From positions 35,150 to 99,149 of the forward strand of contig CAVSQH010000019.1 in NCBI GenBank assembly GCA_963730075.1: 64,000 nucleotides of DNA. Direction: 5' to 3'. The notes under the pieces were generated by a model. It was not told where the DNA came from, made no database searches, and saw nothing but the letters and a program-made list of their open reading frames with translations. Positions 23,319 through 33,615 of this stretch are shown piece by piece. This DNA is from an uncultured Solirubrobacterales bacterium (GTDB taxonomy: Bacteria > Actinomycetota > Thermoleophilia > Solirubrobacterales > Solirubrobacteraceae). Each line of letters opens with the position of its first letter. Within the stretch, counting starts at the first letter, position 1. The position numbers and the translations under genes are program-made.

Positions 23319-23831
23319 CTACAAGCCGTCAGGCGCCCGCCCGGGCCGCGGCTCGCCGAACCGCGCATACACCTGATCCGCGGACGTCGCCTCATCGGGC
23401 ACCCCGGCTCCGTGGCGGATCGCGGCCGGCTCGACCGGATATCGCGCACTTCCCTTCTCCTTGCGGGCTCCGACCGCGAACACGAGTGCGGGCCGATCTC
23501 CGGCGGCGACGATCGTGTGCGCCGTTCGGGGCGGACAGTGGACGAGGTCCCACGGCTCGAGCGCCCGCTCCGCTCCCTCGACGATCAACGTGCAGCGACC
23601 GCGCAGCACGAGAAAGTCCTCCTGTCCCGCCTCGTGGTGGTAGAGCGACATCGGGCAGCCCGGCTCGAGCCAGTACAGACCGAGGCCCAGGTCATCGAAG
23701 TGAGCCTCCCCCTGCCCGCCGAACCGGCACACGGATCGCATCTCATTGTGCAGCCAGCGCGCGTCACGCGCGTTGACGACGAACCATCCGGCGGTCACCG
23801 GCACGTCGTCCCTCAGCGTCGCCTCGCCCAC
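23319..23831 (-). CDS. Cupin domain protein
   Basis: LYHHEAGQEDFLVLRG and VHCPPRTAH. Confidence 0.85.
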   Translation of the reverse strand: MGEATLRDDVPVTAGWFVVNARDARWLHNEMRSVCRFGGQGEAHFDDLGLGLYWLEPGCPMSLYHHEAGQEDFLVLRGRCTLIVEGAERALEPWDLVHCPPRTAHTIVAAGDRPALVFAVGARKEKGSARYPVEPAAIRHGAGVPDEATSADQVYARFGEPRPGRAPDGL

Positions 23832-23896
23832 AGCACACCTCCCGGGTAATGGTCCCGGCGCGAACCTAGCAAGCGCCGGCCGGGCAAGCCGCGGCG

Positions 23897-26896
23897 CTAA
23901 CCGGCAGGCGACGCGCCCGCACGCTCAACTCCGAGCGCACGCGCACTGGACGCGGCGGCAGTCCGGTTCGGAACGCCGAGCTTGCCCAGGATCCGCGAGA
24001 CGTGAACGCTGACGGTCTTGCTGCTGATGAACAGCTCGGCGGCGATCTCGCGGTTGGTCATCCCGTCCGCGAGCAGCGCGAGCACATCGACCTCGCGCGG
24101 TGTCAGCTCGAGCTGCGCAAGCGCATCGTCAAGCGAGCTGTCGGACGACCCCTCGTCGGCAACCTCGAGTCGCGCGCGGCGAGCGAGCCGCTGCAGCTCG
24201 TCGGCGAGCGGACGCGCCCCGAGCTCCTGCGCGACGGCGAGCGACTCGCGCAGCAATTCCTGCGCCTCGGAGCGGTGGTCGCCGGTTCCGGCGAGCAGCG
24301 CCTCGGCCCGGCGCCACCGCGCGTAGGCGGCGTCGTAACGATTGCCGAGCGCGTCCCACTGGCGCTGCGCGTCTGCCCAGAGGTCGGAATCGGCCGGTCG
24401 CTCGATCCGTGCACCCTCGGCCGCGCACGCGGCCCGGCTCGCCGACACCAGCGGTGGCACGCGAGCTAATGCCGCCATTCTCTGATTCAGGCGCTCAAGC
24501 AACGCCTCGGCCCGCTCGATCTGCTTGCTGTGAGCGGGCGGATCGCCGACCGTCCGGGACGCGAGCTCCGCCGCGGCTCGCGCGCCCTGCCAGTAGAGGC
24601 GCGCCGTGAAGGAGACCGCCTCATCCTGGGCGACTCGCTCCAGCGTGTGCTCGACCAGCCTCACCGCACGCTCCGGATCGCCCGACCACAGGTCCAGCGA
24701 GGCTCGCGTGGCGGCAAGCGGCCCGATCCACATCGAGGTCGCGGAGCCACTCACCTGCTCCTCGGCTTCCTGCAGCGCCGCCGCCGCCGCGTCGAACTGT
24801 CCGCGTTCGGCTAGCACCTGGCCGGTGTGGCCGTAGGCCATCGCCGCATTGAAGCCCGTCGGACCACGGCCGATCACGTCCTCGAGCAGCTCCCACGCCT
24901 CATCCCAGGTCGCCTGCGCCACCAGCCTGCTGGCGAGCTCGCAGCGCAGGAAGTCGTCGCAGTTGCGATCGATGCCGAACTCCTGGGCGGATGCGATCCC
25001 CTCGCGGGTCATCGCGATCGACGCCTCGATCCGCCCCGCCTTGTCGAGTGCGTCGCTGCCGTTGGTGTAGCTGCGGCCGGCCTCTTCTCCCAGCCGGAGA
25101 CGCGCGGCGATCTTGAGCGCGTCGGTGGCTGCCGCAACGGCCGCGTCGAACTCGCCGAGCAAGGTCAGGTTGCCGCAAGCGGTGTTGAGGACGTGGGCTT
25201 GCACCGCGTCGTCGCCCACCGCCCGTGCGATCTCCAGCGCCTGCTCACACCGCTTGCTCGACTCGGCGGAGCGGTGCGTGAGCATCAGCACCTGGCCCTC
25301 GGCCGCGAGGACCAGGGCAAGCTCACGGGTCGGCGGCCACGGTGGCATCAGCTCGACGGCCCGCCGGTACTCGGAAAGCGACTCGTCCTCGCGTCCAGCG
25401 GTCCACAGATACCGACCCAGGCGCTCGTGCCCGAGCGCCGCGTCGGCCGGCCGATCGGCCGCGTCGATCCGCTCGATCACGCCCCGCGCGAGCTCGATCG
25501 CGCCGGCGAGCTCGCCGGTCAGCATGGCCGCGTCGGCCGCGCGGCGCATCACCTCGATGCGAGTCAGCGGCAGTTCGCCCGGAGCGGGTCCGACCTGGTC
25601 CCAGATCTCGAGCGCGCGCCTGTAGTGCAGCCACGCCTCACAGTACGCCGGCAGCTCTTGGGCCGCCATCCCGGCGCTGACTGAGGCCGCCAGCGCGGCG
25701 GACAGCTCGCCCGCCGCGTACCAGTGATGAGCCACCTCGGCCGCCGCGGTCGCGTTCATCTGAGCGAGCCCCGGATCCTCGCCGAGCGTTCGCGCCAGCT
25801 TCAGGTGCAAGCTCTGGCGCTCGCCGGGCAACAGGTCGGAGTAGATCGCCTCGCGCAGTAATCCGTGGCGAAATGAGTAACCGGCGATTGCGGCGTCAGG
25901 CGCCAGCAGGTAGTCCTCGACCGCATCGCGCAGCGCTCGGTTGAGCTCATCTTCGGGCAACTGCGTCACGGCAGCGAGCAGCGCATGATCGACCGTCCGG
26001 CCGGTGACCGCCGCCATCCGCAGCACGTCACGAACGCCGGTCGAGTGCCCCTCTACGCGCGCGAGCAGCGTGTCGCGAAGCGACTCCGGCAGCGCGTGGC
26101 CCGACCTGCGCGAGCCCGCCAGCAGCTCCTCGGTGAAGAACGGGTTGCCCTCCGAACGCTCGAGCAGGCCGTCGATCAGCACCGGCGCAGGGGGGTCATC
26201 GAGAATCGCGGTGACCTGCTCTTGCAGTTCGGCGCGCGTGAAGGGTCCGAGCTCGATCCTGACCGCACGTCCACTCCGTTCGAGCTCCAGCACGAACGAC
26301 CGCAGCGGGTGGCCCCGACGCAACTCGTCGTTGCGATAGGTGATGACGAGCGCGATCGGCTCCTGCCGAGCGGCGCGCAGAAGGAACGAGAGGAAGTCGC
26401 GGGTCGACCGATCGGCCCACTGGAAGTCCTCCATCACGAGCACCATTGGCTGCGTCCGGGCGGCGTCCACGAACAGCGCCAGCAGCTGCTCGAACAGCCG
26501 CCCTTGAGAAACGCTGCCTGAGAGCGGTGCGGGGACGCCCTCGTCGCCGATCGACAGCTCGGGCGTCTTGGCGGCCGATTCCTGATGCAGCGGCTCGAGC
26601 AGCGCCTGCACCTCGGGCGCCTCGAGCCGGCGGCTGAGCGACCGCAACGCAGCGATCACCGGCGCATACGCGAGCTCACCCTCGGCCAACGGCAGACACT
26701 CGCCGACGACCGTGAGCATCTCCGTACCGACCCGGCTGGTCATCTCCGCGATCAGTCGGCTCTTTCCCATCCCCGCCTCGCCGGCGACGAGCACGACCGA
26801 CCCGACGCCGCCGGCCGCCTGAGCGGCTGCAGCCTCCAGCGCCGCGAGCTCCTCACGCCGGCCCACGAACTCCAGGCTTGCTACGCGCCCTACCAC
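23897..26896 (-). CDS. Large ATPase-TPR-LuxR transcriptional regulator (LAL/STAND type)
   Basis: FVGRREEL, GEAGMGKS, EDFQWAD, GNPFF, and C-terminal LTPREVDVL...NREIAAELFISSKTVSVHVSRILGKL. Confidence 0.93.
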   Translation of the reverse strand: MVGRVASLEFVGRREELAALEAAAAQAAGGVGSVVLVAGEAGMGKSRLIAEMTSRVGTEMLTVVGECLPLAEGELAYAPVIAALRSLSRRLEAPEVQALLEPLHQESAAKTPELSIGDEGVPAPLSGSVSQGRLFEQLLALFVDAARTQPMVLVMEDFQWADRSTRDFLSFLLRAARQEPIALVITYRNDELRRGHPLRSFVLELERSGRAVRIELGPFTRAELQEQVTAILDDPPAPVLIDGLLERSEGNPFFTEELLAGSRRSGHALPESLRDTLLARVEGHSTGVRDVLRMAAVTGRTVDHALLAAVTQLPEDELNRALRDAVEDYLLAPDAAIAGYSFRHGLLREAIYSDLLPGERQSLHLKLARTLGEDPGLAQMNATAAAEVAHHWYAAGELSAALAASVSAGMAAQELPAYCEAWLHYRRALEIWDQVGPAPGELPLTRIEVMRRAADAAMLTGELAGAIELARGVIERIDAADRPADAALGHERLGRYLWTAGREDESLSEYRRAVELMPPWPPTRELALVLAAEGQVLMLTHRSAESSKRCEQALEIARAVGDDAVQAHVLNTACGNLTLLGEFDAAVAAATDALKIAARLRLGEEAGRSYTNGSDALDKAGRIEASIAMTREGIASAQEFGIDRNCDDFLRCELASRLVAQATWDEAWELLEDVIGRGPTGFNAAMAYGHTGQVLAERGQFDAAAAALQEAEEQVSGSATSMWIGPLAATRASLDLWSGDPERAVRLVEHTLERVAQDEAVSFTARLYWQGARAAAELASRTVGDPPAHSKQIERAEALLERLNQRMAALARVPPLVSASRAACAAEGARIERPADSDLWADAQRQWDALGNRYDAAYARWRRAEALLAGTGDHRSEAQELLRESLAVAQELGARPLADELQRLARRARLEVADEGSSDSSLDDALAQLELTPREVDVLALLADGMTNREIAAELFISSKTVSVHVSRILGKLGVPNRTAAASSARALGVERAGASPAG

Positions 26897-27352
26897 ACAG
26901 TCGATTATCCCCGCCCGGCCCGGTGGGGTGGCTAAGCGCCCGCGAGCCGGAATCTAAGGTCCAAGAGTAGGCAGTTGCCCGATGGCAGAACGTTGGCTTA
27001 CGCCTACCTTGGACGCATCGAATAGCCCGGATCTCCAAGGGGAAGCCGTGAACAGCCAACTCAACTCAATCCTCGCCAGACAGCGTGCCGCCGACCTGCA
27101 GGAGACCGCCGAGCATTCCCGTCGCCAGGACGGCCCTTCGGGCCGGCGCGGTCGCGACAAGCCGGGGCCACGGAGGTCGCACGTACGGCGTGTGATCGCC
27201 CAGCTGTTGCCACACAGGGCGCACGCGAGCCGGCACCGTGCACGCCGAGGCGCAGGCCACCATGAGCACTCCAGCCCAAGCCACACGCTAACGAGCTCGG
27301 ACCGGCTACGGCCACCGTTCGTGCCCCGGCGGCTGATGCCGCTGGGGCCCTG

Positions 27353-27862
27353 GTGCTCGATGACGGGAGGCGAATCCGCTTTCGACGGATCGGGCCCGGG
27401 GACCGCGAGGGACTTGCGGCGCTGTTCGCGCGACTGAGCCCCGATTCGCGCCAACGGCGGTTCATGAGCCCCAGACCGGCGTTGAGCACACGCGAGCTCG
27501 AGTACTTCACGGACGTCGATCACGTCAATCACGCGGCGATCGTCGCCGTCGACCAGCGCCATGGGTGGATCGTCGGCGAGGCGCGATACGTTCGTTATCG
27601 CGACCGGCCGGGGGCGGCCGAGCTGGCGGTCACGGTCATCGATGGCCTGCACCGCAAGGGGATCGGCACCGCCCTCGGAGAGCGTGTCGTCGCACGCGCG
27701 ACGGAGAACGGGGTCCAGCGGCTGACCGCGCTGACCTCGTGGGAGAACCGGCCGGCACGAGCGCTGCTCAAACGACTCGGGTTCCACCCCCGTTCGAGCT
27801 CGGGGCACGAGATCGAGTTCGAGCTCGCGCTCGGCGCCGAGTACGAACTGTCGCCGGACTAG
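27353..27862 (+). CDS. GNAT-family N-acetyltransferase
   Basis: LSPDSRQRRF, VDHVNHAAIVA, AELAVTV...RKGIGT and ENRPA. The true start may be further upstream (ATG at 27262, out of frame). Confidence 0.85.
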   Translation: MLDDGRRIRFRRIGPGDREGLAALFARLSPDSRQRRFMSPRPALSTRELEYFTDVDHVNHAAIVAVDQRHGWIVGEARYVRYRDRPGAAELAVTVIDGLHRKGIGTALGERVVARATENGVQRLTALTSWENRPARALLKRLGFHPRSSSGHEIEFELALGAEYELSPD

Positions 27863-28071
27863 GAAGAACCGAGCGCGCGGTTGGACTCGCGGTCCTCGCG
27901 GATCTGCCTCCGCGGCACCAGTCGCTCGAACACGCCCATCAGCTCGAGCGTGCCGGAGAACGGGTAGATCTCGGAATCCTCGCTCACGCGGACCGTGCCG
28001 CTGAGGCGGCGCTCTGAGTCGCGCGACACGCGCAGGACGAGGGTGACCTCTTCGGTGCTTTCGTCGGGCAT
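27859..28071 (-). CDS. Small hypothetical protein downstream of LAL regulator
   Basis: LSGTV...PFSGTLELMGVFE; preceded by repeated CTAGGG sites. Confidence 0.6.
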   Translation of the reverse strand: MPDESTEEVTLVLRVSRDSERRLSGTVRVSEDSEIYPFSGTLELMGVFERLVPRRQIREDRESNRALGSS

Positions 28072-28107
28072 CGCGAGCGAGGATTCCACGCGACCGGCAG
28101 ATCCACA

Positions 28108-28147
28108 ATGGGTGAGACCCTGAATCGATCCCTAGAAAAATCCCTAG
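28108..28147 (-). promoter_or_regulatory. Putative LuxR-HTH operator (three units, 12-bp period)
   Basis: Minus strand reads CTAGGGATTTTT CTAGGGATCGAT TCAGGGTCTCACCCAT. Confidence 0.6.
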
Positions 28148-28169
28148 TGCGCCGACCGGCGCGCGCGCT

Positions 28170-30961
28170 CTATGCCTGATCGGTGATCTGCCCCGCCAGC
28201 CGACCCGCGAGCTCATGGCGCGATCGGATGTTGACCTTGGCGAACACATTGCCGAGGTGGTATCGATCGCCTTGGTCGACAGGTACAGCTCATCGGCGAC
28301 CTCGCGATTGGACTTGCCCGACGCAACCAGCCGCGCGACGACATCCTCGCGCGGGGTCAGGCCGTAGGGATTCTCCCCTCCCAGATCCCGGGCCCTGACT
28401 CCGCAGGCGGTCAACTCGGCCTCACATCGGGCGAGAAACGTGGGCGCTCCGAGCTCGGAGAGGCGATCACGTGCGGCGAGCAGGGTCGCGATCGCCGCCC
28501 TGCGACTTCCGTGCTTGCGCAGGAACTGCCCATGGGCGACCTCCAGCAGCGCCTGCGCCAGCGGCGCCTCGAACGTCCCGGCTACCTGATCGCCGTGCTC
28601 GAAGGCGCTCCGCGCCCGATCGAGATCGCGGCGCTCCTGCTCGAGCAGGCCGCGCAGCCGCCACAGCTCGATCCGCGTCGGATCCGCGAGCCGGTCGTCG
28701 ATCGTGGTCTCCAGCAGCGACAGAAGCTCGTCGGCTTCGGCCAACCGGCCGGTGAACAGCAGCGCCTCGGCGGCAGTCGACTGCATGCTCCGCCGCCCGA
28801 GACCTATGGCGGCGCCCGCGCCGGACAGCAGTGCGAGGAACGGCTCGAGCGCCTTGAGCACGGCATCCCACTCACCCCGAACCCAGGCCAACTGGGCGGC
28901 CGCCGCGCAGGCGTGGTACATGCACATCGGGATCGGCGTCGCTTCCGCCGTGCGGCGTGCCGCCTCGACGTGCTCATTTGCAGCGGACCAGTTCGCGCGG
29001 ACGGCGTTCAGATAGCTGGCGACCGCGTGGAAGTAGGGCAGGTCCCAGGCGCGGTAGGCGTCCTCGCCGAGCGAAACAGCAAGATCGGCATGCGTCAGAC
29101 CGTCGTTCCAGCGTCCAACGCGGTACTCGATCTCGGCCAGTCCCGCGTAGGCGTTTGGCAGGTTGCGAAACGGCGCGCCGGCGCGAGACCAGCGGATCAC
29201 GGTCGTCAGATCCTCGTCGGCGCCGGCGACGTCCCCCCACCAGACCTTGACGCTGCCTCGGGACGTGAGCAACTGGGGTTCGAACGGTTCTGGCTCGATC
29301 CGCGAGGTTGAGACGTCCGCGAGTTGTGCGATCGCCTCGTCGCCGCGCCCATTCATCACCAGCCCGACCGCGAGCGCCTGGCGCGCAGTGGCCCAGTCCA
29401 TGGAAGCGAGATCGGGGAGATTCAGCGCCCGTTGTGACCAGTCGATCGCCTCATCGCTGCGACTCAGGAACGCGCACAGGAGTCCGATCGTCGCGGTGAC
29501 GGGACCTTCGAGCTCCGGATCGTCGGCGTAATCGGGGCGCTCCATCACCTGGCGAAACGCCGCTTCCGCGTCTGCCAGACGGCCCTCGGCAGCGGTCAGG
29601 AGTGCGATCGTGGCGCTCCGACGGGCGCTGTCCGTGCAGGCCAGGACCGCATCGAGCCGACTGTTGGCGGCCGGAATGTCTCCGGCAATCACCTGGTACT
29701 CGACCGCGCGCAGCAGCGACTGCTCGCGGAGCTCCTGGGATCCGGCGATCCTAGCCGCCCACAGCAGCTTCTCGACCCCCGCAGTCACCCGGCTCTCCGA
29801 GATCTCCGCCTCGCCGAGCCGCTGGAGCTCGATCGCGAGCTCATCATCGGCGCCATGGCTGGCCGCGACTCGATGGGCAAGCGCATCCGAGCCCGACAGA
29901 CGCTCGGCCCACGAGAGGTGCAGCGCGCGGCGCCGGGTCGGCGAGAGATCGTCGTAGACCGCGGCTCGAACAAGCGGGTGCGTAAACGAGATCTCCTCGG
30001 CCGGCCGTGCAGGGCTGAGTACGAGCAGGTCGGCCCCGAGCGCCTCCTCGAGCGCAACCAGCGGATCGTCGAGGCCGGCGACCGCCGCCGCGATCGCGAG
30101 CTGGAAGCGCAGACCACCAACGGCGGCGGCCGCGACGAGGTTCTGGGCGTTAGGCCCGATGTCGGCCATCCGCGCGATCACAGTCGCGGAGTAGGACCGC
30201 GGCGCCGGCAACTCGCCGGCCGGGAAGTTCAATCGATCGCTCGGGAGCTCGCTGAGCAGGGCCCGGACGTACAGCGGATGGCCATCGGTGTGCTCACGAA
30301 GCCGCTCGACGGCGGCCAGCGTGAGCGGCCCGATCCCGAGCGAGTCGGCTAGCCGGCTGATCTCGGATCCGGTCAGGCCCGACAGCCGCACGCGCCTGAC
30401 CCGATCGGGGTCCGACAGCAGCCGCGACCAGCCGGGGCCGAGGTGGTCGATTCCGTCCGGGCGGCTCCCGATCAGCACGAGCATCCGATCGCCGTGCAGC
30501 CGGCGCAGCACGAACAGCAACGCGTTGGCCGACGACGAGTCCAGCCAGTGAGCATCGTCGACGACGAGCACGACCGGCGCGTCGTCCTGAAGTGGCCCGA
30601 GGATCCCGAGCAGGTCGGCGCCCACGGCGAGCGGGCTGGCCGGAGAGGGTCTTCCCACCTGTTCCTCGAGCGCCCTCCAATCCGGGTCGGCCGTCGCTCG
30701 AGCGATCAGCTGCTGGACCACTCCATAGTCGAGCGTCTGCTCTGACTCCTCGCCGCTGGCGTCGAGCAGCACCACATCCGCAATCGTCGCCAGGAAGCGG
30801 CGCAGAAAGGCCGTCTTGCCGATCCCGGGTTCCCCCTCGACCCAGACGATCTGCGGCCTCGCCTCGCGGGCCTCGTCCAGCGCCTCGAGAAGCACCGAAA
30901 GCTCCGCCTCGCGCCCCACGAACGCACCCCGGACCCCCATGCCGTCCGCCGTCTTGCTCAC
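28170..30961 (-). CDS. Large ATPase-LuxR regulator, apparent 1-base deletion near 28263
   Basis: FVGREAEL, GEPGIGKT, DDAHWLD and LTPREDVVARLVASGKSNREVADELYLSTKAI. Continues in another frame as YHLGNVFAKVNIRSRHEL...TAG at 28170. Confidence 0.9.
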
Positions 30962-31127
30962 GGAGTCCTCTCAGACCTCTAGCAGTCGCATCTCTGGCAC
31001 GCCCACTTCGATCGTGCACGGCACGGCGACGCAGCTGCCGCCTCCGCGCCGGCGAGCGCGCCGGGCACGTCTCACCGGCCTTCTCAAGGCGAGGATACCG
31101 AAGCAACCAGGCCGGCCCCGACCGGCC

Positions 31128-31167
31128 CTGGGTGCCCGATTAGGGACTTGTCTAGGGATCGCCCCAG
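31128..31167 (+). promoter_or_regulatory. Putative LuxR-HTH operator upstream of MMPL gene
   Basis: CTGGGTGCCCGA TTAGGGACTTGT CTAGGGATCGCCCCAG, 12-bp period. Confidence 0.6.
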
Positions 31168-31235
31168 TGCGGAGCGGCCGGGGCGGTGGGAGCATCGCCC
31201 CCGTCAGGTTCACGCAGGGAAACGAGGGGTTTCAC

Positions 31236-33527
31236 ATGACTGGTGTGCTGTATCGCATTGCGCAGTTCTGCGTTCGACGCAGGTTCATAGTTGTGGGGAT
31301 TTGGCTGGTGGTGGCGGTCGCGCTGATCGGCGTCTCTCACCAGATGGGTGACAACACCAATGACAATCTGTCACTGCCTGGGACCAACAGCCAGCGCGCG
31401 ACCGACGCGCTCAGCAAGTCGTTCCCGACCCAGGCAAACGGGACCAGCCCGATCGTCCTGCACGCGCCGAGCGGAAAGCTGACCGACTCCAAGTACGCCA
31501 ATGCGGTCAACACCGCCGCCGCGGACCTGGCCAAGCAACCCGAGGTTGCGTCGGTCGTCAACCCGCTGACGCCGGAGGGCGCCTCGGCGCTCAGCAAGAG
31601 CCAGGCAACCGGTTACCTGACGGTCGGGCTGAAGGTCAGTCCCGGTTCGCTGTCGGTGCAGGACGCGCAGAACATCATCAACGCCGCGGCCGACCCGGCC
31701 AAGGCGGCGGGGCTCGAGGTGCAGACAGGTGGCCAGCTTGGGCAGAAGGTGTCAAAGCCGGCGACCGAGTCCAGCGAGCTGATCGGGATCCTCGCCGCCA
31801 TGGTGATCCTGACGTTCACCTTCGGAACGATCTCGGCGATGCTGCTGCCGATCATCACCGCGATCTTCGCGCTCGCGTCGACACTGGCGATCATCCGCAT
31901 CCTCGGCCACGTGCTGACGGTCCCGACGGTCGCCCCGACGCTTGCGACGATGATCGGACTCGGCGTCGGGATCGACTACGCGCTGTTCATCGTCACCCGT
32001 CATCTGCGCGGGCTGCGCGAGGGGCTCGAGATGAACGAGTCCGTCGCAAGGGCGAGTGCGACCTCGGGCGGGGCCGTGTTCTTCGCCGGTAGCACGGTGA
32101 CGATCGCGCTCGTCTCGCTCGCGATTGCGAACATCCCGCTGGTCACGACGATGGGGCTGATGGCCGCCGTCGCGGTCGTCGTCGCGGTGCTCGCGGCGCT
32201 GACGCTGCTGCCCGCCGAGCTCGCGATCCTCGGGCACCGGATCGATTCGCTGCGGGTGCGGAACGTCCCATCGGAGCAGAAGGCCAAGAACGGGATGTGG
32301 GCCAAGTGGGCTCACGAGATCGCCAAGCAGCCGGTGATCGCAGGGCTCGTCGCGCTGGTGATCCTGATCCCGCTGACGATTCCGCTGTTCTCGCTCACGC
32401 TCGGACAGCAGGACACCGCCGCGCTGTCGAAGTCCACGACGGCACGACAGGCCTACGACCTGGTGACCGAGAACTTCGGCGCCGGCGTCAACGGGCCGCT
32501 GATCGTCGCCGTGAAGCTCGGCACACCGGCCCAGCCCGCGTCGTCGAGCAGCTCGGGATCATCAAGCGGATCGAGCTCCGGGTCCTCCAGCGCGCAGAGT
32601 GATCCGCGCACCACCGATCCGCGGCTGACGACGCTTCAGAAGGACGTGTCGACGACCAAGGACGTCACCGCGGTAACGCCGATCACGGTCGACAAGGCGG
32701 GCACGACCGCGTTCTTCAACGCGATCCCGAACAAGGGGCCCGCCGAGGACTCGACCACGACGCTGGTCAACACGCTGCGCAACACGGTCATCCCGAACGC
32801 CGAGAAGGGCACCAACATGACCGCGTACGTGGGCGGTACGACGGCCGCCTACGAGGATCTGGCGTCGACGATTTCGAGCAAGCTCCCGCTCCAGATCCTG
32901 GTCGTGATCGCGCTCAGCTTCGTGCTGCTCATGCTCGCGTTCCGCACGGTCGTGATCCCGCCGCAGGCGGCGCTGATGAACATCCTCTCGATCGGCGCCT
33001 CCTACGGTGTGTTGACGGCCATCTTCCAGTGGGGGTGGCTGAGCAACATCATTGGTCTCTCCGGACCGGTGCCGATCGTCTCCTACGTGCCGTTGTTCAT
33101 GTTCGCGATCCTGTTCGGGCTGTCGATGGACTACGAGGTGTTCCTGGTCAGCCAGATCGAGGAGCACGTCCACGCCGGCCAGGACAACAAGACCTCGGTC
33201 GTGTCCGGGCTGGTCACCAGCGCGCGGGTGATCACCGCGGCCGCGGGGATCATGGTGTTCGTGTTCGGGAGCTTCGTGCTCAACGGTGACCCGACCGTCA
33301 AGCAGTTCGGGATCGGGCTGGCGGTGGCGGTGATCCTCGATGCCACGGTCGTCCGGTGCCTGCTCGTTCCGGCGCTGATGTTGATGATGGGCAAGATCAA
33401 CTGGTACATGCCGCGCTGGCTCGACCGGATCGTCCCGAAGGTCAGCATCGAGGGTGCCGAGTACTTTGCGGCTCGTGACCAACCGGCGCCGGCGATCGAG
33501 GAGCGCGAGCCGGCTGCGGTGGCCTGA
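31236..33527 (+). CDS. MMPL/RND-family transporter
   Basis: GLGVGIDYALFIVTR and LFGLSMDYEVFL; two TM bundles; GAGGGG RBS. Confidence 0.93.
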   Translation: MTGVLYRIAQFCVRRRFIVVGIWLVVAVALIGVSHQMGDNTNDNLSLPGTNSQRATDALSKSFPTQANGTSPIVLHAPSGKLTDSKYANAVNTAAADLAKQPEVASVVNPLTPEGASALSKSQATGYLTVGLKVSPGSLSVQDAQNIINAAADPAKAAGLEVQTGGQLGQKVSKPATESSELIGILAAMVILTFTFGTISAMLLPIITAIFALASTLAIIRILGHVLTVPTVAPTLATMIGLGVGIDYALFIVTRHLRGLREGLEMNESVARASATSGGAVFFAGSTVTIALVSLAIANIPLVTTMGLMAAVAVVVAVLAALTLLPAELAILGHRIDSLRVRNVPSEQKAKNGMWAKWAHEIAKQPVIAGLVALVILIPLTIPLFSLTLGQQDTAALSKSTTARQAYDLVTENFGAGVNGPLIVAVKLGTPAQPASSSSSGSSSGSSSGSSSAQSDPRTTDPRLTTLQKDVSTTKDVTAVTPITVDKAGTTAFFNAIPNKGPAEDSTTTLVNTLRNTVIPNAEKGTNMTAYVGGTTAAYEDLASTISSKLPLQILVVIALSFVLLMLAFRTVVIPPQAALMNILSIGASYGVLTAIFQWGWLSNIIGLSGPVPIVSYVPLFMFAILFGLSMDYEVFLVSQIEEHVHAGQDNKTSVVSGLVTSARVITAAAGIMVFVFGSFVLNGDPTVKQFGIGLAVAVILDATVVRCLLVPALMLMMGKINWYMPRWLDRIVPKVSIEGAEYFAARDQPAPAIEEREPAAVA

Positions 33528-33546
33528 CAAGCGTCTGAGCCCGCAA

Positions 33547-33600
33547 AGCAGGAGTGCGGCCGCGCGCTTCCCCTCGGCGGCCGCACTCCAGTGCTCTTTT
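33547..33600. terminator. Strong hairpin terminator between convergent genes
   Basis: GGAGTGCGGCCGC (33551-33563) pairs with GCGGCCGCACTCC (33577-33589), followed by a T-run. Confidence 0.75.
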
Positions 33601-33615
33601 GCTACCCGAGCGTCA

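Noticed and set aside
26954-30961. 1335-aa LuxR ATPase with a long C-terminal extension
   Set aside because: A 1-base deletion in the HTH causes readthrough antisense to the GNAT gene. The real end is TAG at 28170.
32535-32600. Ser/Gly low-complexity run in the MMPL protein as an amyloid motif
   Set aside because: It is a simple flexible linker with no hydrophobic alternation and no partner copy.
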